Virus record (IMG/VR): IMGVR_UViG_3300049138_000106
Location: 1-41,273 of that record
DNA: 41,273 nt
From: a virus
Lineage: Duplodnaviria > Caudoviricetes
Reading direction: 5' to 3' (one strand)
The notes beneath the pieces are model-generated. The model was not told the origin of the DNA. It ran no database searches and saw only the letters and a program-made list of their open reading frames with translations. Positions 17,597 to 25,948 of the stretch are shown here, in pieces (position 1 is the stretch's first letter; the number at the start of each line of letters is the position of its first letter). The position numbers were made by a program, and so were the translations under genes.

Positions 17597-20500
17597 GTGA
17601 CCACGCCGATCGACAACGACGACGAACTCAACTGGGTAGCGCCGAGCACGCTCGGCAAGTACGTCATCCGGTACGAGGTCGAGTCCGACCAGGGCACGTT
17701 CGCCGACGACGTCGACATCACGGTCATCGACCTGCCGACCGGCCCGCAGACCGTCGATCTGGACTCGATCCCGTCCCGGGCCGCGGTCGGCGAGCCGACG
17801 TTCACGGTGCCCCCGCCCACGGGCGCGACGCCGACCGTCCTGGGTGACAACACCGTCCTCGGACAGACCTTCTACCTGGGCTACGCCCCGCCGCCCGGTG
17901 GTCCGCAGAAGACCTATCCGGACGTCGGCCTGTATCCCGGGCACACCACGTTCCCGGGCAGCGGCCTGCCGGCGTCGGAAGGGCCGCAGACCGTCGACCT
18001 GGGCTCGATCCCGTCCAGGGCCCTGGTCGGCGAACCGACGTTCATCGTCGACCCGGTCCCCGAGCCGATCATCCTGGACCTCGACTCGATCCCGTCGAAC
18101 CTGCGGATGGGCGCGCCCTCGTTCACGATCGGGGCCGCTCCGCCGGATCAGCCGATCACCGACCTGACCATCTCGCTGTACGCGGTCACCCCGGACGGAA
18201 ACGTCGCGCTGCCGGACTTCGAATCCCTGGAACTGTCGCCGCTGCGCAACTCCGGCGGGTCGATCACGCTCGACTACCCGCCGACCGGCGTGAACTTCGC
18301 CGTGCTGCGCGAGGCCATCACCGGCGGCCGGGACATCGAGGTCGAGATCTGGACCTCCGGCACCTCGGCGGGCGCGCTGCGCGGCTACCTGGACCAGGCC
18401 GAGGGCGACGACACGGCCGAGGCTGGGGCCTGGAAGTTCGCCGGCCGGTTCCTGGGCGGCCGGATGGACGAGGCCGTGGTCCTGCCGCAGGACCCGGGCC
18501 CGCTCGTGCCCGACAACGACGACAACCCGGACAACGACAAGCACGTCAACGAGAAGCGCGAGCTGGTCTACTCGAACGCGACCGCGGGCACGGTCATGTT
18601 GACCGCGCTGCGGATCGTGCAGGAGCACGGCTGGCTCACCGACATCGTCTGGGACTTCACCGGGACGCACGACTCCGACGGCGTGGCCTGGCCGCAGGTG
18701 CTCACGACGAAGTTCTCGCCCGGCGCGAGCATGAAGCAGCTCCTGGACCGGCTGGTCGCGCTGCAGCTCGCCGAGTGGGACGTGCAGTGGAACGGCGCAC
18801 ACCGGGTGCTGCGGATGTGGGTCCCGGAGGGCCGCGGGGACGACCTGAGCCTGCTCGTGCCGCCGGTGGTGCTGCGACACGGCCAGAACGTGCTCGACGC
18901 CCCCCGCCGCTGGTCGGTCCGGGAGTCCGGGACCGATGTCCTGGTGGCGGGCGACGAGGGGCTCTACGCCGAGGCGTCGGACCCGGCCGCGGTCACGCGC
19001 CGAGGACGGCGAATCGCCCGGTTCGTCAGCGCCAACAACCTGATCGAGCAGAACGCGGTCACCGCGTACGCGATCAACCAGCTGCCGGTCATCACCACGC
19101 CGCTGCACGAGGTCGCGCACGGGATCGGGTTCCTACCGGGGACACCGCGCCCCCTCGTGACATACAACGTGGGCGACTGGGTGCTGTCCGAGACCGCCGG
19201 CGAGTACGAGCGGCTGCGGGTGGTGCAGTGGACGCTGTCGGTGGACAAGGACCACCAGCTGTCCGGCACGGTCACGCTCAACGACACGATCACCGACCAG
19301 GTGACGCGGCTGAAGGCGCAGCTCGAGGCCATCACCGCGGGCGAGACCGTGGTCGGCACGTCCACGCCACCGTCCGGGTCGCTCTCGGACATCACGCCCC
19401 CGGCCGCGCCCGAGGGCCTGACGGTGTCCTCGATCGCCTACCAGGACCCGGCGCACACGAACACGCTCGCGAGCGTCACCGTGGGCTGGTTGCCGGTCCG
19501 GTTCAACGCGGACGGGTCGAACTATCCGCAGGTCCAGGCGGCGCGCTACATCATCATCCGGCTGGAGAACGTCGACCCGGAGCGCCCGGACACGGCGATC
19601 AGCGAGGACTGGACCTGGCCGGAGTGCCCGCAGGTCGTGGTCGACTACAACGACCTGCTACTCGCCGCGTGGGCGGCCGCGGGCAAGCCCGGGGCCGCCC
19701 CGGTCGACTACGCCGCGCAGGCCGCGTGGCTTCAGTCCTACGTGGACGAGTTCAGCGCCACCCCGACCGCGACCGACGACGTGGCCGGGTACCAGGTCCG
19801 CTACGCCTACATCGGACTGTCCCAGGTCGGCGGCCTGCCGTCCTCGGACCCGTTTCCGGACGATGAGCGGTTCTACTACGAGGCCACGCCGACGGGCGGG
19901 ACCACGGCCACGTCCTACACCTTCGGCGGTGTCGAGGGCGGCGCGAACGTCCGGATCGAGGTCCGGGCGTTCGACCGGTCCGGCAACTTCGGGCCGTGGG
20001 CGTCGATCGGGCACGACACCGCCAGCGACGACACCCCACCGCCCCGCCCGGGCCCGCCCGGGCTGAGCGTGTGGTTCCGGACCCTCGACATCACCTGGAA
20101 CGGGCTGGGCCTGATCGGCGAGCCGATGCCGGTTGACTTCGACCACGTCGAGGTGTGGGTCAGCAGCAGCGCGGACTTCTCGTCCGCGTCCTCGACCGCG
20201 AGCCAGGCCACCGCGTTCGATCCGTTGAACCCGAACCCGCAGCACGTCGCGAACCTGTATGCGGCCGGCACGCACAACCAGCCGGACATCGCGCACGGGG
20301 TCGGTTACTACGCGGCGCTCCGCGCGGTGGACCGCAGCGGGAACGTCAGCGAGATGTCGCAGCAGGCGGGCCCGGCCACGGCCGAGCAGCTGTTCCCCGA
20401 CGACTTGCGCGATCAGATCATCAACGACCCGAACATGATCGCGCGCGAGACCATCGGCACCCTGCACGTGGTCGACGGGGCGATCATCAACGCGAAGATC

Positions 20501-21529
20501 GCCAACCTGGCGGTCAACGACGCCAAGATCCAGGATCTGAACGTCGGCAAGCTCCGCTCGGGCACGATGATCGCCCAGGTCACGATCTCCGGGAAGTTCC
20601 GCACCCACGAGTCCGACGCGGCGAACCGGGTCGAGTTCGACGCGGCCGGGCTGCGGCTGTATCGCGGCGCGACCGTGGTCGGCAACTGGGACGTGGCCAC
20701 CGGTGACATGCTGATCACCGGAACCTGGCGCACTGGTGTCACCGGCGAGCGGGTCGAGGGCCACCCTGACGGGACCCTGCGGTGGTACCCGCAGTCCGGG
20801 TCGAACTACAGCCAGATGTCCAACGTCGGGTCGGACGTGGTCTGGCGCGGCCCGGTCGCGGCCGACGGACGCTCCGGGCGGGTCAACGTCAACGCGCTCG
20901 GCGTGGGGCTGAACTACAGCGCCGAGTCCGAGATCCCGGACCGGCTGCGCGCGGAGATCCTGGTGACCGACCGACGGACCCGCATCACCGCGCCGTTCAC
21001 CGCGTTCGAGGTCGACGGGCGTTACACCAACCCGGCCGGCGGCGTGCACCGCGTGCAGTTCTCCCAGCTGTCCTCGTCCGGCACCACGATGCCGTACTCG
21101 TATCTGTCCTACGGGGTCTCGTCCTCGTCCGGGCGCGGTGGCATGTTCGGCAATGGATCGGGGTTCAAGTTCGAGGCCGGGAATATGCTGGTCACAGACG
21201 ACTCACTGAACTCGTTCGGCCCGATCAAGACGAGCGACCTAGTCGAGACATCGTCACGCAAGGCGAAGCGCGACATCGCGCCCGCTCGTTCAGTGCTCGA
21301 CCCGAAGAGGGTCATCAAGGCCGCGAGGGCGCGGTCGTATCGCTACAAGAGCGATCCCGTCGACGCGCCTCCGCGGTTCGGGGTGATCGCTGAGGAGCTC
21401 CCTGTCGAGCTGCAGCGAATGACCCCTGATGGCAAGGGCGGTCTGGAGCTGTCTGTCTCGCTCGGGTCGCAGATCGGGTTGCTGTGGGCGGCCGTTGAAC
21501 AGTTGATCGATGAGAGGGAAGTGACCTGA
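17597..21529 (+). CDS. Large minor tail / tail tip (central fibre) protein with FN3 domains and C-terminal intramolecular chaperone (peptidase S74-like)
   Basis: GAGGAG RBS, 1310 aa. Siphovirus hub-like region, FN3 repeats (VRAFDRSGN, LRAVDRSGN), IINAKIANLAV repeats, TSSRKAK...FGVIAEEL...LWAAVEQL. Confidence 0.88.
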   Translation: MTTPIDNDDELNWVAPSTLGKYVIRYEVESDQGTFADDVDITVIDLPTGPQTVDLDSIPSRAAVGEPTFTVPPPTGATPTVLGDNTVLGQTFYLGYAPPPGGPQKTYPDVGLYPGHTTFPGSGLPASEGPQTVDLGSIPSRALVGEPTFIVDPVPEPIILDLDSIPSNLRMGAPSFTIGAAPPDQPITDLTISLYAVTPDGNVALPDFESLELSPLRNSGGSITLDYPPTGVNFAVLREAITGGRDIEVEIWTSGTSAGALRGYLDQAEGDDTAEAGAWKFAGRFLGGRMDEAVVLPQDPGPLVPDNDDNPDNDKHVNEKRELVYSNATAGTVMLTALRIVQEHGWLTDIVWDFTGTHDSDGVAWPQVLTTKFSPGASMKQLLDRLVALQLAEWDVQWNGAHRVLRMWVPEGRGDDLSLLVPPVVLRHGQNVLDAPRRWSVRESGTDVLVAGDEGLYAEASDPAAVTRRGRRIARFVSANNLIEQNAVTAYAINQLPVITTPLHEVAHGIGFLPGTPRPLVTYNVGDWVLSETAGEYERLRVVQWTLSVDKDHQLSGTVTLNDTITDQVTRLKAQLEAITAGETVVGTSTPPSGSLSDITPPAAPEGLTVSSIAYQDPAHTNTLASVTVGWLPVRFNADGSNYPQVQAARYIIIRLENVDPERPDTAISEDWTWPECPQVVVDYNDLLLAAWAAAGKPGAAPVDYAAQAAWLQSYVDEFSATPTATDDVAGYQVRYAYIGLSQVGGLPSSDPFPDDERFYYEATPTGGTTATSYTFGGVEGGANVRIEVRAFDRSGNFGPWASIGHDTASDDTPPPRPGPPGLSVWFRTLDITWNGLGLIGEPMPVDFDHVEVWVSSSADFSSASSTASQATAFDPLNPNPQHVANLYAAGTHNQPDIAHGVGYYAALRAVDRSGNVSEMSQQAGPATAEQLFPDDLRDQIINDPNMIARETIGTLHVVDGAIINAKIANLAVNDAKIQDLNVGKLRSGTMIAQVTISGKFRTHESDAANRVEFDAAGLRLYRGATVVGNWDVATGDMLITGTWRTGVTGERVEGHPDGTLRWYPQSGSNYSQMSNVGSDVVWRGPVAADGRSGRVNVNALGVGLNYSAESEIPDRLRAEILVTDRRTRITAPFTAFEVDGRYTNPAGGVHRVQFSQLSSSGTTMPYSYLSYGVSSSSGRGGMFGNGSGFKFEAGNMLVTDDSLNSFGPIKTSDLVETSSRKAKRDIAPARSVLDPKRVIKAARARSYRYKSDPVDAPPRFGVIAEELPVELQRMTPDGKGGLELSVSLGSQIGLLWAAVEQLIDEREVT
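17741..18130 (+). repeat. Three about 23-aa repeats in the tail tip N-terminus
   Basis: GPQTVDLDSIPSRAAVGEPTFTV (17741), GPQTVDLGSIPSRALVGEPTFIV (17981), EPIILDLDSIPSNLRMGAPSFTI (18062). Confidence 0.85.
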
Positions 21530-21530
21530 C

Positions 21531-21869
21531 GTGCCACTGGTGTACACGAACGCGACGAAGCCCCTGGTCGGGATCGCTCACCCCTTCGCGGAGACCTTCC
21601 ACTTCGTGGACGATCCAGCCGAAGATGACATGTTCGAGGCGTTCGTCCAGCGGGTGGCGTCGATCACTGCAGCAGTGAGTCGTCCCTCCTGGAGTGGCCC
21701 GACGCTGTCCGCAGGCGGCATCTCGGTTCCGCTCGTCTCAGGTCAGTACTGGCGGTACGCGGGGTCCATAGCGGCTCCGTTGTATGTAGCGCCCGCAGAC
21801 ATGAACGTCGTGTGGGAGTGCGATCAGTACGGGCGTGCCTTCGACATCTCCAAGCTCGTGGTGCCGTGA
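21531..21869 (+). CDS. Hypothetical protein
   Basis: 112-aa ORF contiguous in the late operon. Confidence 0.65.
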   Translation: MPLVYTNATKPLVGIAHPFAETFHFVDDPAEDDMFEAFVQRVASITAAVSRPSWSGPTLSAGGISVPLVSGQYWRYAGSIAAPLYVAPADMNVVWECDQYGRAFDISKLVVP

Positions 21870-22021
21870 CCGACGGCATGGAGATCAGCGTGGACGAGGT
21901 CCTGGCCCAGCTCGACGAGCTGGGCCGGGCGAAGTTCGACACCGCCCTGGAGAAGGCCAAGAACCGCAAGCTACAGGCCCGGATCGACGAACTCGAGCGC
22001 CAGCGGCCGGAAGGAGCCTGA
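21866..22021 (+). CDS. Small coiled-coil protein
   Basis: GTGA-coupled; VTDGMEISVDEVLAQL...LQARIDELE. Confidence 0.65.
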   Translation: MTDGMEISVDEVLAQLDELGRAKFDTALEKAKNRKLQARIDELERQRPEGA

Positions 22022-22022
22022 C

Positions 22023-23180
22023 GTGCCGACCTCGTTCCCCACCTTCGTCGACGTCCCCGATGGTGAGCCGCCCGAGCCTGGCACGCCGGACGTGGACGCG
22101 GCCTACCTGAACTCGGTCAACGTCGCGGTCAACACGCTCGAAAACACGCTGCCGGGCAAGGTCGACGCCAACGACCTGGCCACGGTGGCGATCACCGGTG
22201 CCTATACCGACCTGATCGGCCCGCCCGCGATCCCGAACAGCCCCGACGACATCGGCGCGCAACCCGCCGGGGACTACGCCACCAACACCGCGCTGGCCGG
22301 GAAGGCGAACACGGCCCACACGCACGCGATCACCGACCTGACCGCGACCGGGACCCGGGACGCGACCACGTTCCTGTCCGGCAACAACACCTGGAGCGTG
22401 CCGCCGGGCTCCTACACCGACGAGCAAGCCCGGGACGCGATCGCGGCCGCGTTGGTGGCCGGTACGAACATCACGATCACGCCGGACGACGTCGCGAACA
22501 CCATCACGATCTCCGCGTCCGGCACCGGGGGTGCGCAGCCCGAGGACGCGGACCTGACCGCGATCGCCGCGCTCACCGCGGCCGACGACGACATCATCCA
22601 GCGCAAGACTGGGGCCTGGACCAATCGCACCATGGCCCAGCTCAAGACGGATCTGGCGCTCACCGCAGCCGACGTCAGCCTGGGCAACGTCGTCAACGCC
22701 GCCCAGGTGCAGTTGGGCACCGTCGACGCCAAGGGCGACCTGATCGTCGGCACGGCGGCCGACACGGTGGCCCGGGTCGCGGTCGGGGCCAACGGCCGCA
22801 CGCTGGTCGCCGCCTCGGCGCAGACCGCGGGCGTGGAGTGGTCGGCGAACCCGGCCCCCGCCACCGTCCCCCTTGCTGATGTCGCCTCGGTAGCCCTGGA
22901 TGCGGCAGCCGGGAAGGTGTTCAAGCTGACTGCGACTGGAAACCGTACTATCGCCGTGCCCACGAATGCGGCCGACGGGCGCGGGATCGTCATCGCGCAC
23001 ACCGCGTCCGGGGCGGCCCGCACGCTGGCCCTCACGACCGGTACGTCGGGCGCGTTCGCGTTCGGCAGCGACATCACCGCGTTGACCGAGACCGCGGTCG
23101 GGACCACGGACTACATCGGCGCGGTCTACGACGCGACCTCCGCCCGGTGGCGGGTCATCAGCTACGCGAAGGGCTACTAG
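22023..23180 (+). CDS. Tail fibre-like protein
   Basis: Mosaic of short fibre motifs (AHTHAITDL, YTDEQARDAI, QPEDADLTAIAAL, AKGDLIVG) with a C-terminal beta domain. Confidence 0.75.
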   Translation: MPTSFPTFVDVPDGEPPEPGTPDVDAAYLNSVNVAVNTLENTLPGKVDANDLATVAITGAYTDLIGPPAIPNSPDDIGAQPAGDYATNTALAGKANTAHTHAITDLTATGTRDATTFLSGNNTWSVPPGSYTDEQARDAIAAALVAGTNITITPDDVANTITISASGTGGAQPEDADLTAIAALTAADDDIIQRKTGAWTNRTMAQLKTDLALTAADVSLGNVVNAAQVQLGTVDAKGDLIVGTAADTVARVAVGANGRTLVAASAQTAGVEWSANPAPATVPLADVASVALDAAAGKVFKLTATGNRTIAVPTNAADGRGIVIAHTASGAARTLALTTGTSGAFAFGSDITALTETAVGTTDYIGAVYDATSARWRVISYAKGY

Positions 23181-23183
23181 TCG

Positions 23184-24392
23184 GTGGCCACCTTCGGCAA
23201 GACGACCGATGGCACTGGACAGTCGCAGTCGTCCACCGACCGAAAGAAGGTCAGCTCAGCTGTCCCCGCCAGTTCGGGGACGGCCACCTCGATCACCATC
23301 CGCGGCCGGGTCACGGCCGAGAGCACGGTGATCAAGGGTGTGATCTACGCCGACAACGCGGGCGCGCCCGGTGCCCTGCTCGCGGTGTCGGATGAGATCA
23401 CGGTCAACTCCACCACCGAGCAGAACTGGACCGGCGCGCTCACCGGCGGTAACCAGATCGCCATCACCTCGGGCACGACGTACTGGATCGGCTGGATTCA
23501 GCAGGACCCGGGCTCCGGGTTCTTCGAGATCTCGCGCGACACTACGGCGGGCCTGTCGCAGACCAACACCGACACCTATGCCGACGGCCCGACGAACCCG
23601 TTCGGCGTCCCCTCGGCCGAGGCCGGGCCGGTGGACGTGTTCGTCACCTACACCGAGCCGTCCGGTGGCGGCTCCGCCGAGCCGCTCATCCGCGGAGCCA
23701 CCGGCGCGAGCGGTGTCGGGAACGGCGCGTCGGCGGTCGTGACCAAGCCGTCCGGGCTGGCCGTGGGCGACCTGCTGCTCGCGTTCCAGGTCGGCGACAA
23801 CGACGCCGCGCTGGCGAACATGACCGGCCCGTCGGGCTGGGCGACGATCGCATCCCAGGCCGCCGCCGTCGGCGGCCAGCCCGCGATGAAGGTATGGCAG
23901 CAGGTGGCCACGTCCACCGAGACCGCCGCGTCGTCGTTCACGTTCTCGGCCGGGTCCGGGATCCAGTGTTCGGCCGGCATCCTCGCCATCACGGCGGACA
24001 CGTTCCTCGCGTCCGAGCCGCTGTTCGTCGGCGCGGTGTTCCAGATCAACGCCGCGTCCTCGACCTCGCACACCGCCCCGTCGATCGGCACCGGCGTCAC
24101 CAACGGCCTACTCGTCACCGCGCACTCCACCGACCAGCACGGGGCGGCGTCCTGCTCGTACACGCCGCCCACCGGCATGACCGAGCGCGTGGACACTGCC
24201 GCCTCGTCCGGCTACACCTGTCTGGAGATCAACACATTGGTGTTGACCTCGGCGGGCGCGACCGGCGCGAAGACCGCGACCTGCACGGCGAACCGCCCGT
24301 CGACCTGCGTCTCCCTGATCGTCGCCCCGGCGACGACCGCGAGCGGGATCAACCTGGCGCGACGGACCGGCGGCTTCCTGCAGCTGCTCTGA
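23184..24392 (+). CDS. Minor tail / receptor-binding-like protein (two beta-rich domains)
   Basis: Ser/Thr/Ala/Gly-rich; KPSGLAVGDLLLAF pattern; ends TGGFLQLL. Confidence 0.7.
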   Translation: MATFGKTTDGTGQSQSSTDRKKVSSAVPASSGTATSITIRGRVTAESTVIKGVIYADNAGAPGALLAVSDEITVNSTTEQNWTGALTGGNQIAITSGTTYWIGWIQQDPGSGFFEISRDTTAGLSQTNTDTYADGPTNPFGVPSAEAGPVDVFVTYTEPSGGGSAEPLIRGATGASGVGNGASAVVTKPSGLAVGDLLLAFQVGDNDAALANMTGPSGWATIASQAAAVGGQPAMKVWQQVATSTETAASSFTFSAGSGIQCSAGILAITADTFLASEPLFVGAVFQINAASSTSHTAPSIGTGVTNGLLVTAHSTDQHGAASCSYTPPTGMTERVDTAASSGYTCLEINTLVLTSAGATGAKTATCTANRPSTCVSLIVAPATTASGINLARRTGGFLQLL

Positions 24393-24419
24393 CCGAACAC
24401 CAACGACGAAGGGAAAGCC

Positions 24420-24875
24420 GTGCCGGAGACGTTCACGCCCCGACCCACCCCGTGGGTGGACGGGGTCGGTGGCGGCACCCCGATCACCGCCGCCGAACTC
24501 AACCGGCTCGAGGCCGGCGTCGAGTCGATGGACGACCGGGTGACCGCGCTCGAGGACTCCGCCGCCGTCATCACCGCGAGCATCCAGACCGCCCCGTACA
24601 CGCTGGGGCTGGCCGACGCCGGGAAGCTGATCGAGATGAACTCGGGGTCGGCCACCACCCTGACGGTCCCGCCGGACTCGTCCGCCGCGTTCCCGGTCGG
24701 CACCGTGATCGAGGTGACCAGGCTCGGCGCCGGGTCGGTGACCCTGGTCGCCGGTTCCGGGGTGACCATTCGCGTCCCCGCCGGCTCCTCGCTCATCCTG
24801 CGCGCCCAGTACTCAACGGCAGGCCTGCGCAAGCGGGCGACCAATGAGTGGATCGCGTCGGGCGACCTGGCGTGA
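24420..24875 (+). CDS. Short fibre/adaptor protein
   Basis: GAAGGGA RBS. Anchor PWVDG..GTPITAAELNRLEAG and C-terminal domain ending LRAQYS...EWIASGDLA. Confidence 0.75.
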   Translation: MPETFTPRPTPWVDGVGGGTPITAAELNRLEAGVESMDDRVTALEDSAAVITASIQTAPYTLGLADAGKLIEMNSGSATTLTVPPDSSAAFPVGTVIEVTRLGAGSVTLVAGSGVTIRVPAGSSLILRAQYSTAGLRKRATNEWIASGDLA

Positions 24876-25915
24876 GGGCAATCCGGCAGCTCCGGCACTG
24901 CGGCGGTCGCGGCCCGAGGCAGCACGCGTTCACGAACCGGCCCACCCAGCCGATGCGCTACCACTACGACCAGCAGCCGCTGTCGACGTGGGCGTATCCC
25001 GGCGCGCTGGTCATCGCCGGCCTGGGGCGCTCGGACCTCGGCCCGCCCGGCATCAGTCCGGCCTACGAGGGCACCGACCCCGGCTACATCGCCGCTGCCA
25101 ACGCCGGCGCCACGGTGATCGCCTACATCGACCCGATCATCGACAACGACTTCGGGCTGTACCACGAGCTGCTCCACCACGAGTACGACTCGTTGGGCCG
25201 CAGCGTCGGCCCGGCGACGTCGCTGTGGCCGGGCAACCACACCGCGAACGAGTGGGGCATGCTCGCGGACTTCCGGCCGAGCTCGGTGCTGCAGCAGAAG
25301 TTCGGCGCGGTCCTGGAGATGATCCTCGACGAGTGCCCGTGGCTGGCCGGGTTCTGGATCGACGACACGGGCACCCGCTCCTGGTTCCCGGACTTCTCCT
25401 GGGAGAGCGACTTCACCGCGACCGACCGGCAGAACTACCGGGACGGCGCGATCGCGCTGGTGCAGACCGCGCGCGAGGTGTGCGACCGGCGCCGCACGGC
25501 CACCGGCCAGCGCCGGATCATCATCGTCAACGGCACCTGGACCGCGGGCACGCTGCTCGAGGACGGGGGCGGCTACCCGAACCCGGCCGTGCACGGCTGC
25601 TCACTGGTCGAGGGTGCGGAGATCGAGCACCACACCCTGGACCAGTGGTGGATCGACTACGCCACCGGTCCGCAGTGGGCGACCGAGGCGTCCACCAACG
25701 GGGTCCCGTTCATCGTGGCGTCCTGCACCACCGACGCGATCCAGGACGACTTCATCGCCGCCAACATCCTGTCGCACTCCGAGTCCGCGGAGTCGGCGAC
25801 CACGGTCTGGGGCTCGTTCCACGAGACCGGCCTGCCGGACAACCGTGCCAGTCAGCTGCTCATCTACCCGGGCGACAACGTGCACCCCAGCGGCGACATC
25901 TGGCCGCAGGGATGA
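24872..25915 (+). CDS. Putative glycoside hydrolase (TIM-barrel-like)
   Basis: Likely GTGA-coupled start at 24872. Strand motifs VIAYID, GFWIDD, IIIVNG, EIEHH resemble GH114/spherulin-like barrels; family uncertain. Confidence 0.55.
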   Translation: MRAIRQLRHCGGRGPRQHAFTNRPTQPMRYHYDQQPLSTWAYPGALVIAGLGRSDLGPPGISPAYEGTDPGYIAAANAGATVIAYIDPIIDNDFGLYHELLHHEYDSLGRSVGPATSLWPGNHTANEWGMLADFRPSSVLQQKFGAVLEMILDECPWLAGFWIDDTGTRSWFPDFSWESDFTATDRQNYRDGAIALVQTAREVCDRRRTATGQRRIIIVNGTWTAGTLLEDGGGYPNPAVHGCSLVEGAEIEHHTLDQWWIDYATGPQWATEASTNGVPFIVASCTTDAIQDDFIAANILSHSESAESATTVWGSFHETGLPDNRASQLLIYPGDNVHPSGDIWPQG

Positions 25916-25948
25916 GCGCTCCGGCTCCTTCGGAAGGACTCTTCATCG

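Noticed and set aside
17567-17599. Stop-codon readthrough fusing genes 15434 and 17597
   Set aside because: Same frame, but there is a double stop (TAG TGA) and the downstream gene has its own GAGGAG RBS.
15434-23215. Shared MATFG(T/K)T start of genes 15434 and 23184 as a targeting motif
   Set aside because: Only about 6 residues match and the downstream sequences are unrelated; it may be chance.
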